From assembly GCA_964428905.1 (NCBI GenBank), contig CAYSAA010000035.1, positions 281 through 64,280 of the forward strand: a DNA stretch of 64,000 nucleotides, given 5' to 3'. Position 1 is the first letter of the stretch; each line of letters opens with the position of its first letter. Source of the stretch: an uncultured Atribacterota bacterium (GTDB lineage: Bacteria > Atribacterota > Phoenicimicrobiia > Phoenicimicrobiales > Stramentimicrobiaceae). Below are positions 18,485 through 28,373 of the stretch, piece by piece. The notes beneath the pieces are model-generated. The model did no database searches, had not been told where the DNA came from, and saw nothing but the letters and a program-made list of their open reading frames with translations. Made by a program: the position numbers and the translations under genes.

Positions 18485-19843
18485 TCATCCTTCAATTATC
18501 TTTTGGGAAATTTGATTGGCCTCCTCAATCAATTTTTCTTCATCGATATTGGTTAGACAGCCTTCACGAACTACAATTCTACCATTCACGATAGTTATAT
18601 CAACAATTTGGGAATCACCTGAAGTTACCAGAGCAGAAACAGGATCTGATAAGCCACCAGCAAATCCCAATCTTTTTGTATTGATTAAAAATATATCTGC
18701 TGCTTTTCCTTCCTCTATGCTTCCGATCTCCGGCTGGTTCAGCACATCACGACCACCATTGGTAGCCATACTGAGTACTTCGTCTGCTGATAGGCCAGAA
18801 ATACCATAGATTAAACGGTGTATCAGAAAAGCTGCTTTCAATTCAGCAATCATATTAGAAGAATCATTACTGGCACTTCCATCAACTCCAAGAGCTACCG
18901 GTACCTTCCTTTTTAACATATAGGGAATATTAGCTGTTCCAGAGGCCAGTTTCTGATTAGAAACAGGACAATGTGCTACTCCCGTTCCTGTTTCAGCTAA
19001 TAGATCTATTTCTATTTCGTTTAGATGGACACAATGGGCAAACCAGATATCATGACCTAACCATTCAACTTTTTCCATATAATCCAGTGGTCGCAAATTA
19101 AAAGTCTTCCCACAAAATTCATCTTCATCTTTAGTCTCTGCAAGGTGTGTATGACCCTTCACATTATAACTACGTGCCAGTTTGATTGATTCTCTTAAAA
19201 GATTTTCAGTAACTGAAAAGGGAGAACAAGGAGCCAAAACCACTCTTTGCATAGCAAAAGGTTTACTATCATGGTATTTCTCTATCACTCGTTGAGAATC
19301 TGAGAGAATCTCTTCTTCGCTTTGAACTACTTCATCAGGTGGTAATCCCCCATCTTTTTCACTTAGAGACATGCTTCCCCGACCGCCATGAAATCTGATG
19401 CCAATTTCCTGAGCAGCCCTGAACTCTTCATCTATTAATTCTTTCGGCTGGTTCTTAGGAAAAACATAGAACTGGTCAACTGCGGTGGTGCAACCCGTCT
19501 TTAGAAGTTCTCCCATTGCCACTAAACTACTATAATAAACTGCCTGCGGGGTTAAACGAGCCCAGATAGGATAAAGATATTTCAGCCAACCGAATAGCTC
19601 TACATTTTGCACCTGGGGAATATTCCTGGTCAAGGTTTGATAGAAATGATGGTGGGTATTAATCAATCCCGGATACAGGAAATAATCAGAACCATCAATG
19701 ACCTCATCAGCTTTACATTCTATCTTCGGGGTAATTCTACTTATTCTATCATCTTCAATTAGAAGACTGTAACCTTTTAATCTTGTTCTATCTCTATCCA
19801 TTGTGACAATCTCTTTGATATTTTTAATTAATATTGAAGACAT
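18485..19843 (-). CDS. Amidohydrolase of the COG0402 deaminase group (8-oxoguanine / guanine deaminase-like)
   Basis: 452 aa. PGLINTHHHFYQTLTRN...LFGWLKYLYPIW is the signature I associate with 8-oxoguanine/isoxanthopterin deaminases. HTHLAET, HCVH and GVDGSASND complete the metal site. Confidence 0.75.
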   Translation of the reverse strand: MSSILIKNIKEIVTMDRDRTRLKGYSLLIEDDRISRITPKIECKADEVIDGSDYFLYPGLINTHHHFYQTLTRNIPQVQNVELFGWLKYLYPIWARLTPQAVYYSSLVAMGELLKTGCTTAVDQFYVFPKNQPKELIDEEFRAAQEIGIRFHGGRGSMSLSEKDGGLPPDEVVQSEEEILSDSQRVIEKYHDSKPFAMQRVVLAPCSPFSVTENLLRESIKLARSYNVKGHTHLAETKDEDEFCGKTFNLRPLDYMEKVEWLGHDIWFAHCVHLNEIEIDLLAETGTGVAHCPVSNQKLASGTANIPYMLKRKVPVALGVDGSASNDSSNMIAELKAAFLIHRLIYGISGLSADEVLSMATNGGRDVLNQPEIGSIEEGKAADIFLINTKRLGFAGGLSDPVSALVTSGDSQIVDITIVNGRIVVREGCLTNIDEEKLIEEANQISQKIIEG

Positions 19844-19860
19844 TCAAAAAATCCCCCCTT

Positions 19861-20325
19861 TCAGTCTTTGGTTACACTCTCAATTGCTTCAATAATCTGT
19901 TCATAGCCGGTACAACGGCAGAGGTTACCCTCCAGGGCTGTTTTAATCTCTTCTCGACTGGGATGAGGGTTATGGGTAAGCAATGCTTTGGCAGACATCA
20001 GCATCCCCGGTGTACAAAAACCACATTGTATGGCATGATGATCAATAAAAGCCTGCTGTAAAGAATCAAGCTCACCCTGCACTTCCAATCCTTCAACCGT
20101 AAGCACTTCACTTCCCCCAATCTGCCCGGTAAGAATTAAACAGGAACAAACTGCCTTGCCGTCAAGGATAACTGTACAGGCTCCGCATTCTCCGATACTG
20201 CATCCTTCTTTGGTTCCAGTTAATTTTAATTGTTCCCTCAAAGTATCAATGAGTCGCTCCTTAGAACCTACTTTTAGGGTTACTTCTTTCCCATTTACCG
20301 TGAAAGTTACAGTGATCTTATGCAT
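19861..20325 (-). CDS. xdhC: Xanthine dehydrogenase-family small subunit, 2x[2Fe-2S] (XdhC of the E. coli xdhABC nomenclature)
   Basis: 154 aa. Motifs GCSIGECGACTV and CGFCTPG...CRCTGY. Confidence 0.9.
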   Translation of the reverse strand: MHKITVTFTVNGKEVTLKVGSKERLIDTLREQLKLTGTKEGCSIGECGACTVILDGKAVCSCLILTGQIGGSEVLTVEGLEVQGELDSLQQAFIDHHAIQCGFCTPGMLMSAKALLTHNPHPSREEIKTALEGNLCRCTGYEQIIEAIESVTKD

Positions 20326-21196
20326 TAATTTTTGCCTCCTGAATAATCTTTTCCAGCGCTCTCTTAATCAGAACAGCAATGGTCGGTTTCTTATAAGGAG
20401 TAGACCATCTCTCTCCAGTAATAGAGATCATTTCATTGCCGGTTATTTGACTAATTTCCTCTAAATCAATCGTATGCATCGATTTTCCATTAACCGCTTC
20501 TTCTGATTGAGGAAAGGATTGGGGATAAGGGGTAGCAGATCCGGGCACAATTCTCGTATCCCGGAATATCCCCTCTTCATCTATTTTTGCCACCAGGGCA
20601 ATACTTAGCCGTGCAATTGATAGTGCTTTTCTGCGACCAATTTTTTGAAAATCAGCATAATAATGTTCACCAAGCAAAGGAATTTTTATTTTGGTTAATA
20701 ATTCATATGCCTGTAATTTAGTTTGATAAGGACCGGTTAAAAATTCTTCTAAGGATAATACTCGTTTGCCTTTCTGGGAAGTTAATTCCACTTTGGCTTT
20801 TAAGGCAATTAAAGGTGGTAAAAGGTCTGCCGCAGGAGAAGCATTCACAATATTACCTCCCATAGTGCCCCTATTACGGATTTGTGTTGAGCCGATAGTT
20901 TGGGCTGCGTTGGCCAAAATAGGAAAATTATTATTTATGAGAGGTTCATGTATTAAGCTGGAATGGGTTATCAAAGAACCTATTTCTATAAAATGATGAA
21001 CTGCGGTAATAAAATTCAATTCTGAAATATTACTGATATCCAACAGGTAATCAAAGGGTGTTAAACGAGAGCTTCCTTTATGAAGATTGACCAACAAATC
21101 TGTTCCCCCGGCCAATATCTGAACCCTTTTTAATTTATCTAAATAATTTAAGGCCTCTTCGATTTTTGTGGTAGTCAAAAAATCATAAGTTTGCAT
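20318..21196 (-). CDS. xdhB: Xanthine dehydrogenase-family FAD-binding subunit
   Basis: 292 aa, the same length as E. coli XdhB. AGGTDL and NRGTMGGNIVNASPAAD motifs. Confidence 0.9.
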   Translation of the reverse strand: MQTYDFLTTTKIEEALNYLDKLKRVQILAGGTDLLVNLHKGSSRLTPFDYLLDISNISELNFITAVHHFIEIGSLITHSSLIHEPLINNNFPILANAAQTIGSTQIRNRGTMGGNIVNASPAADLLPPLIALKAKVELTSQKGKRVLSLEEFLTGPYQTKLQAYELLTKIKIPLLGEHYYADFQKIGRRKALSIARLSIALVAKIDEEGIFRDTRIVPGSATPYPQSFPQSEEAVNGKSMHTIDLEEISQITGNEMISITGERWSTPYKKPTIAVLIKRALEKIIQEAKINA

Positions 21197-23486
21197 TTCT
21201 TGGGGCTCCTTTACTTAAGGAATATCCCAGTAAAACCCTTTCCAGATTAAGGGGCAAATGTCTCATTCTATTTCCGGTAGCATTAGTCAGCGCATTAGCA
21301 ATGGCTGCTGCTGTTAATTCTAACGTGGGCTCACCAATAGATTTAGCTCCGTAAGGACCATTGGGGTCAGGATTTTCTACCACAATTGGTACTATTTCGG
21401 GCATATCTTTTATGGTTGGAATAAGATATTCATCAAAATTAGTATTTTTAATATAACCCTCTTCGGTTTCTATCTCTTCCATAATACCGTAACCCAAACC
21501 CATCATGACTCCGCCATAGATTTGCCCTTTTAGATAGGCAGGATTAATAGCCCTGCCTACATCATGAACGGCGGTAATCTTCAATACTTCTATCTGACCG
21601 GTCGCTATATCAACCTCAACTTCAGCCACCTGACAACCATAGACATAAGTAAAATATGGTCTGCCTTGGCCGGTTTCTTCATTCCAGGAAATATCGGGAG
21701 CTTTGTACCAGCCATAGGCAGATAAAAAGATTCCCTGTTTATTGGCTAAATCAACTACTTCATTAAAAGAAACTATTCTTTTATTTTTCTCATATATACT
21801 TTCATTTTTAAAAATCAAGTTACCCTTTTTGACCTTACATTCAACTGCTATGATATCAGCCAGGGTTTCTTTTATTTGATTAGCCGCTTTCTTCACTGCT
21901 TGACCACCTAACAAAGTACTGCGGGAAGCAACAGTAGAACCACTATCGGGAGAGACTGAAGTATCAATCTCCATATAACTAATCCTCTTAATTTCTACCC
22001 CCAGTTCCTCTGCTGCTATCTGGCTAAAGACAGTTTTTAAACCCTGACCATTTTCAGCCAACCCACAGGAGATTAAGATACTACCATCACGCTGAATGGC
22101 AACTATGGCTCCGGCAGCATCCGTTGCCTCAGCCCCCAGACTACAACCCCGAAAACTGACGGCCATGCCGATACCTCTTTTTTTATCTTCTTTTTTACCT
22201 TTACTATATTTTATGTATTTCTCTTGATAATGACTTGCTGTAATAGCCTTAGTTATTACCTCTTCCAGACTCACCTGGTGATTATCTAATTTCTGTCCAC
22301 TGGCCGTAATGGAATCATTGTGATAGATATTTTTTAAACGTAAATCCACCGGACTTATCCTTAATTGTTCAGCCAATTCATCCAGCAATGATTCCTGAGC
22401 AAAGATAACCTGTGGTGAGCCATAACCTCTCATTGCCCCGGTATATACATTGTTGGTATAGTAGCCATAAGTATCAGTCTGCACATGGGGTATTTCATAA
22501 GGACCTGTGGCCTGTACCACTGAGCGCCAGGTAACAAATGGAGTCTGGCAGGCATAAGCCCCACTATCGGCAACACATTTAATCTCCATTGCCACCAATT
22601 TGCCTTCTCTAGTAGCACCTACTTTATATTTCATCTTATAGGGATGACGTTTATAGCTTTCGAGAATTGATTCTTCTCGAGTATTTATCATTTTAATCGG
22701 TCGATTCGTTTTTAAAGATAAGAGGGCTGCGCGGGCAGCCATAGAAGACATAACTTCGTCTTTTCCACCGAATGACCCTCCCATATGATTTTGAATGATT
22801 CTCACCTGATTTAAATCGACTCTAAGTACGGAAGCCACTGCATTTCGACAGGCGAAAGGATTTTGTATCGAACCGTAAATAGTTACCAAATTGTTTTGCT
22901 CATAGGGCACTGCTACGACTACCTCAGTTTCAATATAACTGTGTTCCACAAATTGGGTAGTGTATTCTCTTTCCAAAATGACCTCAGCCTGAGCAAAACC
23001 TTTTTTTGCATCTCCCTTTCTTAGAAGATGATGAACTACTTGATTAGTAAGTGTTTCAGGTTGAATTAACAGGGCTTCTTTGGTTGCTGATTCATCCGGA
23101 TCAAAAATTCCGGATAATTCTTCATATTCTACCTCAATCAACTCTAAAGCTTCTGTAGCCGCTTCTTTAGTCTCAGCAGCAACAACAGCAATACCATCGC
23201 CTATATACAAAACTCGCTCCTTAGCTAAAACCTGTTGGTTTGGTATAATGACTCCAAATTCATTATTGGGAACATCTTGGGCAGTTAGTACAGCCTTAAC
23301 TTTTGGATAGGCTAAAGCTCTATCAATATTTATCTTTAAAATTCGAGCATGGGGATATTTACTGCGTAAAACTTTACCATAGAGCATATCAGGAAAGAAA
23401 AGATCAGCACCAAATTTTGCCCTTCCGGTAACTTTTTCATAGGCATCAACCCGTCTTATTGGTTTATTAACTTTACTATAAACCAT
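21183..23486 (-). CDS. xdhA: Xanthine dehydrogenase-family molybdopterin-binding large subunit (intact, single chain)
   Basis: 767 aa. Motifs GGSFGGKDE, AMRGYGSPQ and AKSIGEP (catalytic Glu). The Mo-FAD-FeS gene order and the sizes 767/292/154 mirror E. coli xdhABC. Confidence 0.9.
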   Translation of the reverse strand: MVYSKVNKPIRRVDAYEKVTGRAKFGADLFFPDMLYGKVLRSKYPHARILKINIDRALAYPKVKAVLTAQDVPNNEFGVIIPNQQVLAKERVLYIGDGIAVVAAETKEAATEALELIEVEYEELSGIFDPDESATKEALLIQPETLTNQVVHHLLRKGDAKKGFAQAEVILEREYTTQFVEHSYIETEVVVAVPYEQNNLVTIYGSIQNPFACRNAVASVLRVDLNQVRIIQNHMGGSFGGKDEVMSSMAARAALLSLKTNRPIKMINTREESILESYKRHPYKMKYKVGATREGKLVAMEIKCVADSGAYACQTPFVTWRSVVQATGPYEIPHVQTDTYGYYTNNVYTGAMRGYGSPQVIFAQESLLDELAEQLRISPVDLRLKNIYHNDSITASGQKLDNHQVSLEEVITKAITASHYQEKYIKYSKGKKEDKKRGIGMAVSFRGCSLGAEATDAAGAIVAIQRDGSILISCGLAENGQGLKTVFSQIAAEELGVEIKRISYMEIDTSVSPDSGSTVASRSTLLGGQAVKKAANQIKETLADIIAVECKVKKGNLIFKNESIYEKNKRIVSFNEVVDLANKQGIFLSAYGWYKAPDISWNEETGQGRPYFTYVYGCQVAEVEVDIATGQIEVLKITAVHDVGRAINPAYLKGQIYGGVMMGLGYGIMEEIETEEGYIKNTNFDEYLIPTIKDMPEIVPIVVENPDPNGPYGAKSIGEPTLELTAAAIANALTNATGNRMRHLPLNLERVLLGYSLSKGAPRNANL

Positions 23487-23662
23487 TTCTCTACACCTCT
23501 CTCCTTTGACAGAGGGTTACCTCTGTTGATAGGTACCAACACCCTGATAGATGTGGTACTCTTAATATTTAGTTCTGCTTGTCCTATTCTTTACAGATGG
23601 GAGTTCCTGATGAATCAATAGTTACTGCATTATGAAACAGGAACAACCCCCCCCGCTATCTT

Positions 23663-24616
23663 TTATTTATCTTCTATGGAAAAAGAGGTACCCAAAGCTG
23701 ATGGTGATGAAAAGCTGGTCTTCTTTTTTTTGCTTAAAAATGTCATGATCACCAGAACGATCACTGTTATCAAATAAGGAGCCATATTAAGAAATGATGC
23801 CGGTATGACCGTCCCTGCAGCTTGAAGTCTGTATTGTACAGCATTAATTCCCCCAAATAGAATTGCCCCAAATACCGCTCTTGCTGGATTCCAGCCCGAG
23901 AAAATGACCAGAGCAATAACAATCCATCCGCGTCCTCCGGTAATATTTTCAGACCACCCGGGAGTATAGGCAAGAGAAAGGTGAGCACCTCCCAATCCCA
24001 CCAGCATACCTCCAAAAACGGTATAACTATATCGTATTTTCATGACACTGATACCCATGGCAGCAGCAGTACGAGGATTTTCGCCTACGGATCGTAAGGA
24101 TAGGCCATTCTTCGTTCTATACAAATAAAACCAGGCTAAGGGAACAATAATATATAACAGATAGGTGAGAACATCCTGCTGAAGAAATGCTGAAAGCACC
24201 GGGATTTCTTCCAGAAAAGGTATGTGAATAATAGGAAATTTCTCCCCGGTAAGACCAGTAAGATTATAACTATTCTCCGCCGGTCCGAGACGCTGACCAA
24301 GAAAACTGGCAAAACCGGTACCAAAGATGGTCAGGCTTAACCCGCTGACAACTTGATTAGCCCGCATGGATACCGAAAGAAACGCATGAAGTAAAGCCAT
24401 AGCACCGCCAACCAACATGGCTGCTGCTACTCCAAGCAGGAGATTCCTAGTACTATAAACAACACTGAAAGCAGTAACTGCCCCCATCATCATCATCCCT
24501 TCCACACCAAGATTCAGAATACCTGATCTTTCGGTGTAGATCTCACCGATAGTAGCATAGAGCAGTGATGTTCCTGCCCTTATGGTTACCAGCAATAATG
24601 TGGTTATTAACAGCAT
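23663..24616 (-). CDS. ABC transporter permease (importer 2, second permease)
   Basis: 317 aa, polytopic. Paralog of 1774-2700. Confidence 0.85.
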   Translation of the reverse strand: MLLITTLLLVTIRAGTSLLYATIGEIYTERSGILNLGVEGMMMMGAVTAFSVVYSTRNLLLGVAAAMLVGGAMALLHAFLSVSMRANQVVSGLSLTIFGTGFASFLGQRLGPAENSYNLTGLTGEKFPIIHIPFLEEIPVLSAFLQQDVLTYLLYIIVPLAWFYLYRTKNGLSLRSVGENPRTAAAMGISVMKIRYSYTVFGGMLVGLGGAHLSLAYTPGWSENITGGRGWIVIALVIFSGWNPARAVFGAILFGGINAVQYRLQAAGTVIPASFLNMAPYLITVIVLVIMTFLSKKKKTSFSSPSALGTSFSIEDK

Positions 24617-24617
24617 C

Positions 24618-25682
24618 TCAAACCTCTTTTGTTTTCTTAATACGAATGCGATATTCCGTAAAAATTGAACCCGCTAACAGCGGAAAGAGTAGTAATCCCT
24701 GAATCACCAATCCCATCGCAGAAGGTAAACCCATTATCATTTGTATCTGATCACCTCCGACTAGTAATCCTGCTATTAAAATAGCCACAAATAGAATCGC
24801 TATCGGGTGAAGCTGAGACATCCAGGCAACAATAATAGCCGTATAGCCGTAACCTGAGATAATTCCCTTCTGCAATCGATGCGAAACTGCAGCGACTTCG
24901 GCTCCCCCGCCAAGTCCACTGAGAGCACCAGAAAGCAACAGTACCATGATCATATTCCAATTTATGTTTACTCCCTGACATCGTGCTGCTTTTGGACTTT
25001 TACCGATCATCTGAATTTGGAATCCCCATTTTGTCCTGAAAATTACAAACCAGAGAAGAAACGCAATAATAATTGCTATAAATAAACCCCAATGTGCGCG
25101 TCCTGAAAATCGTGGTAACCAGACTTCCTGGGGAAAAGGTTCAGTACCGGGAAAACCATAACCTTTGGGATCTCGCCATGGTCCATAATAAAGATACTCC
25201 GCAAAAAGAATTGCCACATAGTTGAGCATAAGGGTAGTCAGGGTTTCATCAACCTTCCCTGATGCCTTCAATACTGCCGGAATACCTGCCCAGATGGCAC
25301 CAGCGGCCATGCCCATAAGTAAGCCCAAGGGAAGAAGCGCTGGTACGGGTAAAAACTGCCAATACAGCATAATCCAGGTCGTGCCAATAGCACCCCATAC
25401 ATATTGTCCTTCTGCGCCGATATTCCAGAAACGAAGCCTAAAGGCAACTGAAACTCCAAGTCCGGTTAACATTAAAGGAATTGCCTTGACCAGGGTTTCG
25501 GAAAAAGCCATCCAATTGCCAAAAGCTCCCTTAAACATATGAATATAAGTCATAAAAGGATTTGCCTGGGAAAAAGCCAGTACAATACCACCAAGGATCA
25601 AAGAAACAAGAAAGGAAATAATCGGAACAAGCACTGATATTTTATTAGATCTTGTTTCCCGTTTTACCAGCGTTATCCTCAT
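24618..25682 (-). CDS. ABC transporter permease (importer 2, first permease)
   Basis: 354 aa, polytopic. Paralog of 2706-3824. Overlaps the ATPase stop by 4 nt. Confidence 0.85.
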   Translation of the reverse strand: MRITLVKRETRSNKISVLVPIISFLVSLILGGIVLAFSQANPFMTYIHMFKGAFGNWMAFSETLVKAIPLMLTGLGVSVAFRLRFWNIGAEGQYVWGAIGTTWIMLYWQFLPVPALLPLGLLMGMAAGAIWAGIPAVLKASGKVDETLTTLMLNYVAILFAEYLYYGPWRDPKGYGFPGTEPFPQEVWLPRFSGRAHWGLFIAIIIAFLLWFVIFRTKWGFQIQMIGKSPKAARCQGVNINWNMIMVLLLSGALSGLGGGAEVAAVSHRLQKGIISGYGYTAIIVAWMSQLHPIAILFVAILIAGLLVGGDQIQMIMGLPSAMGLVIQGLLLFPLLAGSIFTEYRIRIKKTKEV

Positions 25683-27211
25683 AAAACCCTCCCGGCAACT
25701 CCAGCCATCATCATACCAAGTTCTTCCATATCAGCCGTTTGGGCATTTACTACTCCCATAATTTTTCCATCAGACATCACGGCAATCGTATCAGCCACAG
25801 CCATTAACTCATCCAGCTCTTCTGAAATTAATAAAATTGCACATCCCTTTTCTCGCTGTTCAAGAATTTTTTTTCGTACAGCCTCGATAGCACCAACATC
25901 CAATCCTCTGGAAGGATAAACTGCTACCAGAATTCCACCACAGGCATCTATTTCTCGGGCAAGAATCGTTTTCTGAATATTGCCACCGGAAAGAAACTTA
26001 ACCATCGTGGTCAGTTCAGGAGTAGAAATATTAAAAAATGTGATCATACGTTTCGCGAAGCTGAGTATGAGATCAAGGCGCAGTACCCCTCTTTTACTGA
26101 GTGGTTCATTCCGATACTTTTTCATGGCAAGATTATTAGATACACTCATATCTCCAACAATTCCCACAGTATTACGATCTGCGGGAATATAACTGATACC
26201 AGCTTGAATCATCTGTATTGGCTGCTTGTTGGTCATATCTTTACCGTCAATTTTTATAATTCCGGAACCTATCCGGGACAATCCTGTTAATACTTCAGCC
26301 AATTCCTGTTGCCCATTGCCAGCAACTCCTGCTATACCAAGAATTTCACCGCCTCTAATCTTAAGGGAAATGTCTTTTAGCAATTTTCTTCCTGTTTCAT
26401 CTTCTGAATGGACATGATCCAACTTAATCCTGATCTTCCCCGGAAAAAAGGGCTTTTTTTCAATGCGGAATAATACCTCACGCCCCACCATTAGTTTGGC
26501 CAGATCGCGCTGGGTTATTTCTTTCGTATTGCAAACTGCTACTGTTCTACCTTTCCTTAATACCTGCACTCGATGGGAAAATTGAATAACCTCATCCAAT
26601 TTATGGGTTATAAAGATTGCCGACTTTCCTTCATGTAACATGGTATTCATGATTCTATTAAGGTCACGAGCCTCTTCGGGAGTCAACACTGAAGTTGGCT
26701 CATCCAGGATGAGAACAGTAGCCCCCCGATAAACGAGTTTCAATATTTCCACACGTTGCTGCTCTCCAACACCCATATTTTGAATGTATGTATCAGGATT
26801 AACTTTTATATTGTATCGTTCTGACAATTCCCTAATCTTTTTTCTTACCTCTCCCATGGAGGGTATAAACGGAATATCTTTGAGCCCAAGAATAATATTT
26901 TCCGCCACGGTCATATTTCCAACCAGCATAAACTCCTGGTGTATCATACCGATACCATGAAGTATGGAATCCTGTGGATTGCATATTTCAACTCGACTTC
27001 CCCGAATAAAAATTTCCCCTGCATCAGGATAATATAACCCCGCCAACACATTCATAAGGGAACTCTTGCCGGCGCCATTTTCTCCGAGCAAAGCAAGTAC
27101 TTCGCTAGGATAAAGCTCTAACTCAATAGAATCATTAGCAACAACCCCGGGGAAACGTTTGGTAATGCCTATCATTCGGAGTATTGGTGCTTCAAGTTTT
27201 TTTTGATTCAT
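25679..27211 (-). CDS. ABC transporter ATP-binding protein, tandem ATPase domains (importer 2)
   Basis: 510 aa, identical in length to 3821-5353. Motifs GENGAGKSS, LSGGNIQK and GVAGNGQQE. Confidence 0.9.
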   Translation of the reverse strand: MNQKKLEAPILRMIGITKRFPGVVANDSIELELYPSEVLALLGENGAGKSSLMNVLAGLYYPDAGEIFIRGSRVEICNPQDSILHGIGMIHQEFMLVGNMTVAENIILGLKDIPFIPSMGEVRKKIRELSERYNIKVNPDTYIQNMGVGEQQRVEILKLVYRGATVLILDEPTSVLTPEEARDLNRIMNTMLHEGKSAIFITHKLDEVIQFSHRVQVLRKGRTVAVCNTKEITQRDLAKLMVGREVLFRIEKKPFFPGKIRIKLDHVHSEDETGRKLLKDISLKIRGGEILGIAGVAGNGQQELAEVLTGLSRIGSGIIKIDGKDMTNKQPIQMIQAGISYIPADRNTVGIVGDMSVSNNLAMKKYRNEPLSKRGVLRLDLILSFAKRMITFFNISTPELTTMVKFLSGGNIQKTILAREIDACGGILVAVYPSRGLDVGAIEAVRKKILEQREKGCAILLISEELDELMAVADTIAVMSDGKIMGVVNAQTADMEELGMMMAGVAGRVL

Positions 27212-27251
27212 GTATTGTTTTCTCTTTCGAATATCCGGTTGGATAAAGAAG

Positions 27252-27282
27252 GCTCCCTGCGCTTACATGAATTACAGGGAGC
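27252..27282 (-). terminator. GC-rich stem-loop directly after the SBP gene of importer 2 (attenuator / mRNA stabiliser)
   Basis: Minus-strand GCUCCCUG-N15-CAGGGAGC (8-bp stem) followed by CUUCUUUAU. Same position as the hairpin at 5378-5399 in importer 1. Confidence 0.4.
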
Positions 27283-27299
27283 GTCGGCTAGGTCATTTT

Positions 27300-28373
27300 T
27301 TATTGCACTTTTCCTACTACACCCTGTACAAAGAAATTAAGATTCAGTTTCTCATTATCGCTCATTACCTGTCCCTCTGGCACAACAATTTCCCCTTCTT
27401 GATTGTAGACAGGACCGGTAAATACATCCCATTCTCCGGATTCAATTATGGCCTTTTTTTCTGCTACCAAGTCACGGACATCCTGAGGAACCAGGGGACT
27501 GAAATCGGAAAGTTTAACGACATTCTCATTCAAACCACCCCAATATTGATGGGTTTCCCAGCTTCCATGCAACATATTTTGTACAGTATCAATATAGTAC
27601 ACTCCCCAGTTCCATACTGGTGATACCAATACACTGTCCCCGACAAACTGTCTCATATCAGCATCATACCCTATACTGAGTTTTCCCCTTTCATCAGCTG
27701 CCTTAGGCGGTTCTGTAGTATCTTGATGTTGGGCAAGGATATCCGCACCCTGATCAAGCAGTGCAATGGCTGCTTCCCGTTCCTTTACAGGATCATACCA
27801 GGTGTTTGTCCAGACGACATGTACTTTTGCATCAGGATTAACCTCCTGAACACCAATGGTAAAGGCATTAATGCCCCGAATGACCTCCGGAATGGGGAAA
27901 GCCGCCACATATCCAATAATATTTGATTCTGTCATCTTTCCGGCAACTATTCCTGAGAGATACCGAGGTTGATATATCCGTCCAAAATAGGTAGCCATAT
28001 TGTCATGGGTCTTGTAGCCAGAACAATGTTCAAAATATACGTCCGGAAAATCCTGAGCTACTTCGTGCATATAATCCATATACCCAAATGAAGTGGCAAA
28101 TATGGCATTATAGCCTTGCATGGCATATTGCCGTATAATACGAGCACTATCTGGCCCTTCCTCGACACTTTCAATAAATTTTACTTCAACTTTTTCTCCC
28201 AGAGCTTCCTCCATCTCCTTGCGTCCAAGATCATGCATATAGGTCCATCCAAGATCTCCCGGGGGACCAATATAGACAAAAGCAATCTTAAGGGGAGTTT
28301 CCTGGGCTCCAACAACCGAAATAAAGCTACATATCATAATCAACAGCATAAGAATCAATCCAGTTTTTTTCAT
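27300..28373 (-). CDS. BMP-family substrate-binding protein of importer 2
   Basis: About 357 aa. I prefer the ATG at 28373 (GGAGG 10 nt upstream) over the track start at 28382, where the spacing is only 1 nt. Signal peptide ends ...SVVGAQETP. Confidence 0.85.
   Translation of the reverse strand: MKKTGLILMLLIMICSFISVVGAQETPLKIAFVYIGPPGDLGWTYMHDLGRKEMEEALGEKVEVKFIESVEEGPDSARIIRQYAMQGYNAIFATSFGYMDYMHEVAQDFPDVYFEHCSGYKTHDNMATYFGRIYQPRYLSGIVAGKMTESNIIGYVAAFPIPEVIRGINAFTIGVQEVNPDAKVHVVWTNTWYDPVKEREAAIALLDQGADILAQHQDTTEPPKAADERGKLSIGYDADMRQFVGDSVLVSPVWNWGVYYIDTVQNMLHGSWETHQYWGGLNENVVKLSDFSPLVPQDVRDLVAEKKAIIESGEWDVFTGPVYNQEGEIVVPEGQVMSDNEKLNLNFFVQGVVGKVQ

Noticed and set aside
23647-23654. The C8/G8 homopolymer between importer 2 and xdhA might be a phase-variation switch.
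   Set aside because: It is intergenic, is not positioned between -35 and -10 elements that I could identify, and is short. With a single sequence there is no evidence of length variation. I kept it only as part of the leader description.
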